Source of the DNA: Lingula anatina
Lineage: Eukaryota > Animalia > Brachiopoda
NCBI GenBank assembly: GCA_051362555.1
Contig: CM120643.1
Coordinates: forward strand, 1,550,001 to 1,614,000
Direction: 5' to 3'
DNA: 64,000 nt
In this document: positions 38,376 through 51,494 of the stretch, piece after piece
Layout: the number at the start of each line of letters is the position of its first letter
Numbering within the stretch: the stretch's first letter is position 1
The notes under the pieces: model-generated
Told to the model about the DNA's origin: nothing
The model's database searches: none
What the model saw: the letters and a program-made list of their open reading frames with translations, nothing else
Translations under genes and position numbers: made by a program

Positions 38376-40489
38376 TAGCAAACGGTTGATGACGTAAGTA
38401 CATTGTATTTTATCTGGAATACGTGCAAATAAAACACACAAGATTGCTGAAGTTAATATCTCTCTATCTCTATCACAAACTCACACACAAACACACACAT
38501 ACATACACACACGCTGCATCCCCCAGGAAACGTTTTTACTAAAAAATCTATTTCCCACCCAACTCATCAGATTAAAAAAATATTTTAACTTTTTATCCTG
38601 ATTTTTCAGCCTTTTTATTCTAACTTACATAAATAATTTCTCTACCAAAATCATGACAGAGGTCTACAAATATATATTATTTGTCTCATTTCTCTTAAAA
38701 CCAGGATGTAACTCGATGACCCATGGCGTGATGACCAACCAAGCAACCAACTCTCTACAAACACTGGACGCCATTTTATGTTTCACAGCTTTTGACTTGG
38801 GTTACCAAGGACCATGTCAACTAGACTTTTCAAACACTATTCCCAGGGGAAAATTCGCATTTTGACTTATAGGATTACGAAAAAGTGATTATTTGACTTC
38901 CTCACTTCTTGTTCTTTGGTGAACGTCCATTGGAGAATCGAAAAAACACAAAGGAACAGAAATCATGGACAACAAAACTGAAATTTGTGGGGGTGCATGC
39001 GACTCTTTCGGTTCTACGAGTACTATTCTATTTTTTGTTTTTTGTTTTTAATTTTAACATTGATGGAGGTTTTTAATGTCTTGAAATGCAAATTCTTGCA
39101 TGTGGATTTTTGTAAAGAGGTTGAATTAATCAGTTTGCCTTAACAGGTACATTATTTCGAGTATGTAAACAAATTCTGGGAAATCTCCGAACACAAGACT
39201 GACCATGACTGAGAAAAACACATTTGGCACTTAAAACAAAGGGAATATGTCGCAAGAGAAGAATAATACATTTAGTACTTTTTATAATTTTCACAAGTTC
39301 TGTTCGATGGTTTTCACCTGGTGAAGTACAGTGGAAACGTGATTTAAATTGGGTACGATGTAGTAACAGTAGCTTCAAAATGACTGAACGTTTTAAATTT
39401 CATTTATATTTCTCTTCCATTCGTTTCGCCGTGCTTGTGGCTTAAAATCGTTATTAAATGGTATAAATGATATCAAATATCTGAAGTTTGTTTTAATTAT
39501 GTTAAAGGGGTAAATTAAGAAAATCCGTAGATATTTTTTTATAATTAGTCTAATCTCTTTATATTATAAAAACAGACCCAAAGCATCATGTACAAAGTAA
39601 GTCCTTTCGATACAATGCCTGTCACTGGTTCTGTGACGGATTCGTTTTTTCTTTTTTTTAGGGAGGGCTAGGATGCAACATAATGTTGGAAGTTTGGGGA
39701 GGGGAGGGCTACAAGCAGCCAGTTAAAGGATAATAGCAAAATCAGCTGAAAAAAGTGAAAAAAGTGAAACTTTTAAGCATCACTTTGAAAAAAAGTGCAA
39801 AAAGTTAAAATTTTAAGCATCACTTTGATGAAATCACTATAAAGGAAAAAAAAACAGTAAAAACTGAAGAAAGAAACGTTAATAATAAACCAAATACACC
39901 CTCATCCATTTTCCAAATAAACCATGATCCAAGCAGCTGAGGTTTGAAAAACTACTTCACGCGAATACAACAATGCAGTGGCGGATTTAGGGGGGTGTAA
40001 GGGGGGACCTGACCTCTCATCGATTTCTGGTCCCCTCTTGAAATTAGACCTTTGACTAGCTGAATCATAAATCCAAGCCATACTAATGACAACGTTATGA
40101 CAGCCCTTTCAGCGGGCCCCGAACCCCACGCCAAGTAAGGGAGGGAGGGTCGGCTGCGCATCCGCGAATGCGCTTCGTTTATTCAAGTTGATTTTTTTTT
40201 CAAAGAAATTATCAAACTTCTTATCATGTGCCATGTAAAGAAGAATAAGAGTAGATTAATATATACATATATCAAAGAAGGGAAAGATGTACCGGTATAC
40301 ATAACTTTAAAAAGAGGGAAAGATAGATACATTGAGTTTTTTTAATAATTGTAATCGACTGTTAGTCATAATCTTAACTGTTGTCGTTGCCAAAGAGTCT
40401 GGGAGAAATCATTCTCGAAAAAAAAAAGGGTGGGTGGTAGCTGTTAGCTATAGTAATGCTTGAATCTAGCCTTACCAAACGGCCGTAGG

Positions 40490-41690
40490 AACCATTGGTA
40501 TATGGCAACTGAAGCTGGCAACATAATTAGTGTTCTGTTAATTGTTAATTCCAAAGCTTTCGATCACGTTGATTATTCCCTGTTCATTTTAATTAAAATT
40601 AACTAAAAACCATGGGCTTACATAATGTCATTGTTCGCTGGATTGCCACATTCCTCAATAAAAGACGACAGCGAGTCAAACTTGCAGTACTTAAATGGTT
40701 CGGTACCTCAAGGATCATGGCTGGGTCCATTGCTCTTTGTCTTGATGATAAACGATGTACACACCTCCTGGCGAATCTCTGTGCCATAAGTATATGGGTG
40801 ACATAACAGTTTCTAAAATCCGTAGACAATTTCATGAAAGCAATTTGCAGGAAATTACTGACACAACATTAGACTGATCAAGGACAAACAATATGCGATT
40901 AAGCAGGAAAAAACATGCTCATACCATTTGAACGCAAGAATGCAGATATCCCTAAGATCGTGATTGACAAACAGATATTGAATTTATAGAATCATTTAAA
41001 TTGCTTGGAGCATCTAAAGACCTCACAAGGAAGGTACATGCAGAGAAAATTACCAAAAAAGCAAGCAAAAGGAGTTTTGTACAGCACCTGAAGTGTACAG
41101 GCCTTACAACTGATAACCTGATAACTTATTACCAGGGCCATAAGGCCAGTTTTAGATCGCCAGGGGGATTATCACTTGATTGCAATTAAGTTAAGTGGCT
41201 TAGTTGTCTGTCATGCCTACTGAAGCTGATAGGAATAATTAACTGTCGTTTTAGAGCTTAAGTAGGCGTCCCAGACATCTAAGTCACTTAAGCTGAAAGC
41301 GATTTAGCGAGAAACCCAGTGGAGATGGACAGATAGATCTAGGGATGGGAACCCAGTCCTAGAATATTCTGTCTAGGACTTTGAGTTAGCAAAAGAATCC
41401 TAGTAGAATAGTCTCAAGAAAGAGCTTTTAAGATTCTGAGACTTGAATTTTGAACCGTTGAGTGAAGGACGGCTGAGTGCACGCAAAAATTGTTTATAAG
41501 GATATCAAACGAGCTGGATCGTAAATTGCCTTATCTTTTACAACAAGAGACATTCAAAAGACTTTTTAACCAGTGCCAGATCTATCTTGGCGAGGATGAA
41601 ATAACATGCATGAACAAGGACAACCAAAACGTGGTCACGAACAATCAAAACTTGAAAGTAAATATAGTTCCAGACTTATGTAGGCACTAC
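40490..41690 (+). mobile_element. Decayed CR1/L2-type reverse transcriptase fragment
   Basis: SKAFDHVDY, RWIATFLNKRRQRVKL, GSVPQGSWLGPLLF, KYMGD, FKLLG in broken frames; the paralogous copy at 56200-61590 is split by the Academ-like element. Confidence 0.8.
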
Positions 41691-42259
41691 CCGTAAAAGC
41701 AGTGTTAGGTAGACCATCATGTACATAGGCATTAAATGATCATTTATCACTGCAGAAATGAATTTATTTTAACACTGAATGAATATAATGCACACACCGT
41801 GAATAAATAGGCACAGAAACAACGTTTAACCATAGCGTTGATTATATGTTGGATAAACATTGGATTTGAAAGTTGACTCAACGTCAGATAACAGCATTGT
41901 ATGAAAAGACATTAAAATGACCTGAAATGTATTTATTTTTGGTACAAAACACAGGTACACAATTATAACGTGCACTGTAAAAACATCCAAGTGCCTGATT
42001 TGTCTGATTTTTTCAACGCATTTAGCTCCTAAGCATGTTTTGCACCTATGCATTTTAGGCTGCGTTCACATGAAAAATCTATTTTCTCAAAATCTAAAAT
42101 TTCATTTGCACCCCACAAACCTGATGTGAGAAATTGCCGAGTCAGTTGAAGCAGGTATAATGATTATGTATGCTTGGGCTATGAGGGATATGAAAAAGTA
42201 GAAATAAAAGTTTTTTTTTTTTTCTGACTTCCATCCAGCACTGATCGATGTAGACTCTA

Positions 42260-45200
42260 CACTGTAAAAACAGTGTTTAGCTTCTAAACACATTTCTAAG
42301 CGCCTGTTTTGTCTCATTTTTTCGACGCGTTTAGCTCCTAACATGCTCAGCTCCTTAACATGTTACACGCTTTTAGATCGAATGTGTTTAGCAGTATGAC
42401 GCGTTTGACGCGTGTGTTTTTTCAACTTTTAGGTGCTAAGTGTTTCAACTGTTAGTAACACACACACACACACAGACACACGAACTCACGGTCACCTTTA
42501 ACTGCTATAGTTATCTTTTTCTATAGCAGGGTACCGTGAACTGTCAACATCGTTGACTACAAACCATCATCTTTACAGCTGGACTTAATCATCCTTGTGT
42601 TAGCTGACCTTGCGAGGAAGTTTTTTGGAATGTATTTCTGAAAAGCAAGTTAGGAAAATCCACTAGTCCACTAAGGGCACGAAACAACTATCATTTTACT
42701 TTAAAACACCTTTCTTCATATTTTGATAAAATACGTTACGGTATTGATATATGTTTTTTCCGGAAGTAATGAACAATAGAACATCAGGATGACGGTGGGG
42801 TATTCATTATAATACTTTATTTAAGGACGCTCTCTCATATTTCAGATTTCATATTTCTGCCCTAGCGATTTTGATTAAAATTTTAAGACAAAATCTTCTC
42901 ACCATATGATTAATAATATTTTTAAAAAATTGGGGGTACTCCAGCTCGTTTTCGAGAGGTGGCGTCCCCAAAAACACCACGTTTAATACATTGCGTTATA
43001 TGGGAATTTTGCCAAAATGCCCTTAATTTGGCTGAAAAAATAAAAAAAATTCTGCCCTAGCGATTTTAATTTTATTTGGATATGTTATAGATCTTGGTAG
43101 ACCTCAAAGAAATTTACAAAAAAATATGTACTTATCCAGCTTGTTTTTTGAGCCAGGGCTGCTTGAACATCGATTTTTTATTAATTTTACATAGCAAATT
43201 AAGATAAATATTTTTGTATCATTAGGTTTTTAACTCATACACTTATTATGCTTCCATGAAAATTAATTTATACTTCTCTGCATCAGTTAACCAAATTTCA
43301 TAAAATTTGCATATCCCATTCATAATAAATAGATAATCAAATGTTGAAAGTATCAGTTGGATTTCAGTATGCCTCATGGAATGCCGCCATATTGGATTTT
43401 TCATAGGCTAGGCAGATTGACCAAAAGCATATTATATCAATCTCATGTGACTTATTTTCTTATTCCTTTTTATTTTTCTTTTATTTTTTTATTTTTCTTA
43501 CTCCGTACTTAAATATGCACTTTATAGTAAGATAGCTGGATAAATTGTTTCCTTTGTATATTAACAATGTATCAATTTCTTACTATGGTAAGTTAGTCAT
43601 ATTTCTTCTATATACAAGGTATATGGAAGATGGTGACAAAAATACTCATCTACAGACATCTTTGATTATCAGTTTATTTCTGTTTCATATTATGTTTACA
43701 ACATGCAATCAAATACATATCAAGAGCATATAAATATGCATATTGATTTTAAAATTGAAAAAATCATACAATTTTTTTATTACTTTTATGCATTTTGTTA
43801 CTCGTGTTTTTTTTTTTTTTTTTTTTTGTGTGTTTGGATTGATTTCACTGAGAAGAAAATAAAGACCATCTAGACCTTCTCTTTGAAAAGCAATTACGAA
43901 TTCTGATATGTTAACCCTGACAGCTTTATTTTTTTCCTACACATGGAGAAATTATTTTTTTACAAACAAGGTTTTCTACAGAATTTGGTCAAGGTTTCAC
44001 ACAGGATTTAGGGATAAAATAAAAAATCAGAAAAGGGATTTTCTTCACTTTCATCATCGCAAAAATTAACTAAATTTTGTAACTCAAGACTATCTTCTAA
44101 TGCATTATGGGCTGCATAATTTCTGTGAAGTAATAAATTTACAAACTTAAGTCTCTTGTTTATGATTGGGTAAATTAGGATAAAGTTGGAATGAAGTACA
44201 CTTTATCTTCTAAAATATACTGCTTATTTTCCTAGCACCAAAAAAGTATTACATGTATCTGCATAAAAACCCTTGGTCCTCTGTTGTGTGTTTTATGGTT
44301 TTGTCCATTTGCACTTTAACAAAACCATTACAAGAATGATGTCGCAACACGCCAGGCGGGTGCACACCTGTTGCATCTTTCCTGGAGAGCTGAAAATCGC
44401 ACTGTTTGCAGGTCATATTGTTCAATAACATACTTAAATCAACAACAAAACGCCATGAGTCTAATTATTTTAACTTATTGTGAAAGAAGAGAATTGTTTT
44501 CAGCATACAAATCACGGTAACTTGGCCCTGGGTGATCGGAAACCAATGCTGAAGAAGACAATGTCTTGTTGCACACATCGTAACCATGTGACAAATCACC
44601 ACAATACACTTTGTGGTCAAAATGCAAACCATTGTGATTATTTTCCGTGAGATAAGTTCTTGTCACTGCTATACAAGCCTTACTAAAACGCTCTTTTCCA
44701 TCCCTTCTTCACGTAATATCTTACATTGCGGCATTTGTAAACAAAGTCGCAAGTGGGTACTTTACGTCGTAAAAGACCAAGCGTTCACAGATACGCAACG
44801 CATTGTTGACATATTCGTAGCGCTTCGACCAAAATAACATCAAAGATTTCATACTGATTTCTTAAAAGGGTGAATTACGTATTTTATTGCATGTTATATG
44901 TTTATCATTAGCCGCTATCGCAAAAAACTACTCATGCGCGAAATCTGCGCAGATCGCAAAAAAAGCCAATATGAGGGAACATCGTTAAGCTTTCATCACA
45001 TGCTGGTTATTTCGGTACCGATAGTCCAAATATTCTACAATTCGCACCGCTTCAGTCGCCGACTAACCCCAAGCCCATTTTGGAATTAACCGCTAACTGT
45101 AATTCAAACAGCATAAGACGTGTTTTAGTTATTTATAAAAAAAAAAAGTTTTCAAAACATTATATAATGTTTTTCCAGAATGTTATAAACACGATGATAA

Positions 45201-46475
45201 AACTCCACAAAATGACGTTATCATAAAATTTTGTAAAAACGGTCTTCGAATCTTTTTACAAATTATAACATTACTATACATCATTTTCTATGGAGTTAAA
45301 ACACCCATAACGTTACCATAATGTTTACCATTACCAGCATGTAACCATCTGATAACATCGATCGTCAAAACGTTATTTGTTATTTGGGTTATTACTTAAA
45401 GGTACATATGAACCGAGCATCGGTGAAGCGTGGGTTGCCAATAACAAATATAAACCACTCCTACTAAATTCTTATATGACTCAAATAAAGTCGACATGCC
45501 AAGGGACAAACTGAATAAATCACTCGATCAGCCATAAAAGAGCTTGAGACTGTTCTTTAAATTTTTGGTCGGAAATTTAACCTATTTATGTGACCTACTT
45601 TTCTGCCCCATGTATGTACAGGATAGTAAGGTAGCAGAGAAATCCATTCAAATATAATTTTTCTGGTAATATTAATCAATGCCTTCTGGTAATTTTCTTG
45701 ATTAAACTTTTTGAAACTATATACTGGTATTTGGTTGGTTTTTGAGCAAAAAAATTGACTTTGTATGCATCTTTAATAGGCCTATTTTAAATAAGCACGC
45801 GTTACTGCAAGGAGGGACACCAAGCGTTCGAGCAGACTGCTTCACGCCTTCAACAGCTCCACACGTTTACAAGGGGAAGTGTTAAGCCAAATTGTTGAGC
45901 CTTGTAATAAACTTATGGGACCGGTGAAACTAATCACATACTACCTAAAAGTGCGACACGTCTAAGAATGTTAAACATTTTTATTTCTTCTGAAAGAAGC
46001 TTGAAAAACTAAACTTGTTGTTCAGCTACCCTCTACCAGGGCAGCAGATTGACTTTTCACAGATATTCACAGATATGTCTCTACATGTAGATAAATATAC
46101 AGTCAATTTGGTCTGATGTCGCCTCAGCAAAAAATGTCCACAATAACTGCGGCCTTGGTAGAGGGTATTGTTCAGCAGCTCCACGCGTTTAGCAATTCCA
46201 CACCTATAGCAGCTCCATGTGTTTAGCAGCCTCACGCGCTTAGCAAGGGAAGTGCTTAGCCAATGTGCTTAGCTTGTGATAGACTTATTATAGATTCATA
46301 TACTGGTAAAGCTAAGCACTAGCTAAACGTGTAACACTGCCAACGTGTCTAGCATTTTCTTCCGTGAAACGCTTAAAAAGCTATACGTGCTTAGCTTTTA
46401 CACATATTTCAAAATGCGTATAGGTGCTTAACGTATGTTGTATGTATTTAAATGCTAAACACTGTTTTTACAGTG
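42260..46475. mobile_element. CACTG-terminated EnSpm/CMC-type non-autonomous element (4.2 kb, with nested fragments)
   Basis: 22-bp perfect TIR cactgtaaaaacagtgtttagc / gctaaacactgtttttacagtg, TA on both sides, gtttagc subterminal repeats; empty-site-like sequence actctaacagaatttgtttaag at 62514. Confidence 0.85.
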
Positions 46476-46508
46476 TAACAGAGTTTGTTTAAGTTAGAGT
46501 CTAGATCA

Positions 46509-47170
46509 GGCCCCCGTTTCACAAAGAATCTTAAATCCGTAGTCGACTAGCTCGGGCTGGGTGACCTAGCTAGGTCGACTACGCTGAAGTCGACTTGGAG
46601 TGTTTCACTAAGAATCTAACGTCTTAGCTTGGCGTGCTTACCGTAGTCGACGCGCACGAGAAACTCATCAAGAAAAGGAGGTGTAAAATTTCAAAAGTTT
46701 CACAAGACATGATGTTTCATGGCCTCTTTCGGCCAATAAAAGTCAGCCAAAACACAAACAAAGTTTGTTTTTGAACTTTATTGATTAGTTTAACTTCAAT
46801 ACAACTTCAAAGTAACTGTTAAACATTAGCTTGTCGTGGAACACTGCTGACGGGCGTCTAGCGGTGAAAAACATAAACAAACACGCGATCGGCTGGGTAA
46901 AGTGGCATTTTATATTTTATTTCAATATTCCATAAATGTCTGTGCTATTCAAGGATATCATAACACAATATCTTGAAGGAGGTATGTTCTTTCCAAATTT
47001 TTGTTGTTTATGCTCTCATTTACCGAGTTTTAGTTGAGCTTGCCGACTTAAGTCTCCTCCCGAGGAGGCTAGACATCGTCGACTAGCAGCTAAGAAAAAA
47101 AAAAAAAACGACGTAAGCGACCTTTTAGATTCTTTGTGAAACGAGTCTTAGTGACGTAACGACTTAATTA
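46509..47170. mobile_element. Harbinger-like MITE, right end incomplete
   Basis: Begins ggcccccgtttcacaaagaatc; inverted gattctttgtgaaacg at 47128; repeated gtcgact motifs. Confidence 0.5.
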
Positions 47171-47577
47171 CGTTGGTAACCAAGCTCAATGCAGTCGCCG
47201 CCAGCAGGCAACACAAATGCAAACTAATCGTTGATCTATTTTACGTGAGATTGAGATTTTGATTGTTGCTGTGTGTGCTGCGATTGTAACAAGTGTTATC
47301 ACAGATTCAGCTCAGATTATTTTCTTCGTCTCATTTGACGCAATGACCGCCATCGCGCTTATACCACAATTCGTGCCAGAACTCCCCAAACACAACGGTT
47401 TCAATTAATCATCAGTGATAGTTATTTGATGCATTTCATCCTAAATGAACTGAGATGTGTGTGTGACATTGATCTTCTGTGTCAGTATAATTCATGCACA
47501 AGAATGGGTGGGTGCAGAGAGAGGAGGCAGTGACTGAAAGCACCCCTACTCCCAATTCCACGTGGCACAGAGAATGA

Positions 47578-47844
47578 CAGTGGCGGATTTAGTGGGGGTC
47601 AGAGAGGCTAATCCCCCCCCCCCCTTCGATTTCTGAAAAAATCACACCGATGGTCCCCTCTTGAAATTAGAATTTTGACTAGCTGTAACTGTAGTTCTAA
47701 ACCGTACCAAATGGCACCGTTCGCTCTTTAAAATACCAATTTTTTTCGGGGCCCTGTAGCGGGCCTCGATCTCAACACCAAGGAGGGGGCTGGGTCGGCT
47801 TCCGCGGACCCAACCCCCTTCATATAATCCTGGATCCGCCCTTA
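47578..47844. mobile_element. Independent inverted insertion of the ~280-bp MITE family
   Basis: cagtggcggatttag...ggatccgccctta, reverse complement of 10502-10781, flanks aatga/aatgg; partial copies near 39976-40160 and 55737-55920. Confidence 0.7.
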
Positions 47845-48953
47845 AATGGTGAGTGGGCAGAGAGAGGCTGTGTCTGTGAGACTGTCATTCTGCTGTGACA
47901 GTATGCTGACAGAACAAACTGCAATACTGCCATCTATTGTGCATTCTACATAAATGCGTTTAAATGGTGGATTTTTAATGGCAATTTAAGGAAACAAGGT
48001 AAGCATGTTTCATTTGTTTGAGAAATTACAGTTATGGCGCAATTTTTGACATTTTTATGTATATTATGGTGTTATACAGTAGCAGCCGCAAACCCAATTT
48101 TGTCAGATTGCTAAATTATTCATGGAAAGTTGCTACATTCTGATGTTTTGCATTTCTATTAAAATCTAGCCTTGTTGGAAATCAGTTAAGAGAAAATATT
48201 TTGATTTATACATCTCTAAAAATCATCTTAACGTCAAGTGATAGATATGAAGAATTATGACGAGAAGACAGTCAATTTCTGACAAACTGATACCTGCACC
48301 ACAGATATTATACATCGTACAACATAAGAGCAGCATATTACACCAGCACATAGCTGCTGATGAATATTCTCACTGACCACAAATAGGTTAACCCAGTAAC
48401 AGGTGATCATATGGCTCAATGCATCACTGTGCTGATCTGTTCCATTTCATCTACTCCGTATCTACAACGACGAGTGCTCTGCCCTAACAGGGGAAATATC
48501 TATGAAATGAAATGTGCTGAATGACCACGAAGGTAGCATGAGGCAGAGCAAGTTTGACGTTACCTGCATGCACGTATATTTCTTCTTCTGTAAGTTTCAG
48601 ACAAATACTGTCATAGAGTGCTGAAAATGCTGAGACTCATTTGAAAACCAAGTGAGAGAAAAACAGATCTAGAAATACTAAGCAGAAGCAGTGTATTTTG
48701 GTCTGATTTTAACATTGTTTTTTGAGATTTTGATAACCGATCTTGGATGATAGAAATGTCAGGTTGAGCCCAGTAAGATCCAACATCTTAAGTTATGACC
48801 GCCGAAGATAATACTGATGTTAAGGGAATTGTGGAACTAACATATGATGTTGAAAAATGTGCTGACCATTTAATTAGTTACAGAAATAACGACGTCCACA
48901 TGTACCTATCATTCATAGAGTTTCAGGTAAAACAAGTTATGGCAATTTGTGTT

Positions 48954-48955
<2 letters not shown>

Positions 48956-49041
<86 letters not shown>
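48956..49041. repeat. (TA)n microsatellite
   Basis: ~43 units; only a few at the paralogous site ~31795. Confidence 0.95.
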
Positions 49042-49043
<2 letters not shown>

Positions 49044-51213
49044 ACTTATCGATGATGTTGAGGATTACCGATGACAATGTGCTGTGGATACAGTAGGAAT
49101 GTAATAGATGAAGACACTGGTGTCTATCAGGAGCCTGACATTTAGGTAACATTTTTGCTACTCAGCATTTCCGGGAAAAAGTTAAATGAAGGTGTGTTAA
49201 TAGAATAGTGTGACTTACTTATCCCTAAAAATCAGAAAATTACACTGCATCTGCACATAAAAAAATTCTGATGCATCTGCCAAGTTTTTCGGCTAGTGTT
49301 TGATAAGTTTCACTACTTAACAGTACAATAGAAGTTACCTTTCTTCGATGTACCTTCTACTACCCTTGTGTTAAATTGTACCCCCCCCCCCCACCCCACC
49401 TATTTAGGTACCAGTAAAAATGTTTTATAGCCAGTATATTTTCGTTCACGCGCTTGCAAGTGTGAGCATTACAATGTAGCATTAGGAACAAGAACGACAG
49501 GAACTCCTTATTCGTGATCCGTTAAGGATTTCTAAAATTATGGCTCAATTTATGGCATTTTGAAGTATTATTTTGCAGTTCCTAAATACGACGGCGACTT
49601 TACAGAGCAATCCCGATGCCCGATGCCCGATATTGTATATTTTATATATTCATTGGATAATTGAACCTTTCTCTTATCTTATTTTGTTAATTACATTGCA
49701 GTTATGTTTCCCAAAACGGACCAAAAGATTTAGAAACACTTTTTTTTACCATACTGCCTTTACACCTACCAAGTGAACTGTGTCCGTTTATGAACCTGTA
49801 ACTTTTAAAAGGATGATAAACAGTATATTTTTTATTCTTTCTATTTTTTTATATTTATTTTAAAGGTTGCTTAAATCTTATTCCATTTTAATACTTTATC
49901 TCTGTATTTCATTTATACATTCAAAAATATATTTTCCTCTTCATCATTCTTATCTATGAAATGTGATAAAATTTATAACGTAAAGAGGAAGATGTCTAAG
50001 CATATAACTCTAACTCTAACTGAACATATGAATGATAAGATGTCACGCATGTACAGTGTAGAATATACATGGGCGTAATAAGATTGAAAAAAATTAAGCC
50101 GTATCTAACCACAAAAAAATCTGCTTAAGACGGATGAAACCCGCATTATATTAAGCTAGAATGTCTTCAAAAATACTAAATATTTCAAACATTAAGTAAA
50201 AATCGCTGATCAAAAATTTATTTCAAGTTTCTTTGAAGTTTAATTATGAAAGGCTTCTCGATTTTAGTGGATGGATCGAATATTTTCTGAAGTCTCCTGG
50301 GGGGGGGGGTGGAGGGGGATAGCAACAAGACATTAATACTCAAGGATTGTTGATGTTGATTGCTGATGTGAGTGGACGTGGATAAAATATGAACACTTTA
50401 AATGGTCCCCTTGTATGATTATTTTGTCTGATGTCTGCGATGACATTCAGTTTAGAGGTTCTAACTCATTGAGCAACAGACTTGTAAAGTTGTGAGGCAA
50501 TGAAACTGATTGACTGAGAAAGAAAAGACGTGAGAAATGGTCAGCTCAAAGACATTACTTTATCATAGCATGGCGTTGACTGGTAAATTCGAACACCGCA
50601 ATAACATGAAGCAATTTTGCCCAGATCTTACTATTCTGCTCCACACTGGGGCCACAGTTTACAAAATTGCTCTTATGTTCGGAAGTTTCTTTAATGTCTA
50701 GAATAGTATTGTAGTAAATTAGCAATTTACGGCTAAAATGTATTGAAATGAAACATTTGAACTATATCAGGCCCGAAGCTAGCAATTTCAAAAGGGAGGG
50801 CTCTTTTGTTCTGAAAAAAAGTGGAACTTTTACCATGAAACCTTCATGAACCTAGAAAAAAATATCCAGAGCGGATCTTTTCCTGGCAAAAGGGCGATTT
50901 TTCCGTTCCCCTTAACCCGCCAAGGCTACGGGCCTAAGATTATTTAACTGGCATGGCAGAAGATCTCACCTGAATCGAAATCACTAAGACCACCGTAGCA
51001 TGCTTTGAAATTTACAGTAAAAATACAGTAAGAGAGATGTTAAATAGATCTTGAGATTCTTCACTCTCTCTCTCTCTTAGTTTCTTTATTCTTTACTTTT
51101 ATTTGTAAAACCCACAACTCATCTGCATCAACCTACGCACATTGATAGAACGAGCATGCGCAGTTTCAGTTTGCCAACGTGGAGAATTGCTGCGTGTCCA
51201 ACTTTAAAACTTG

Positions 51214-51252
51214 TATAAATAAGAAGAACGTGGCAAAAAAGCGTCGCAGTTG
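51214..51252 (+). promoter_or_regulatory. Putative core promoter of paralog B (TATA box + Inr-like)
   Basis: TATAAATA at 51214-51221, same spacing as in paralog A. Confidence 0.6.
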
Positions 51253-51307
51253 TCGTTTCTCCTTCCAGTCTGCAGCACATTCGACAAGAAGATAGATTCT
51301 CTTGAAG

Positions 51308-51494
51308 ATGACAGGACAGGAAGGCGTGGCCGTGCTTCTGATCATCGCTTTGACAACGGTGACATCCGTTACTGGCGCTGGTCCCATCCCACTTACTCCA
51401 GAGGAAGAGGCGCAAAGAGGCAATGCTACAGCTGACATGGCTAACCTTCCACCCGCGCATCAAATGGTACCTGAACTGCCCCCCGGTCCAATAC
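51308..51494 (+). CDS. Paralog B coding exon 1 (signal peptide + linker)
   Basis: 4 nt differences from paralog A exon 1; donor gtaagt at 51495. Confidence 0.8.

Larger units (their letters stand above)
30945..42100 (+). repeat. Segmental duplication unit A (contains VWD gene A)
   Basis: Collinear, high identity with 47960-62040 (e.g. 33150-34700 vs 49930-51560; 38500-42100 vs 54270-56468 plus 60616-62040), apart from copy-specific insertions; boundaries approximate. Confidence 0.9.
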
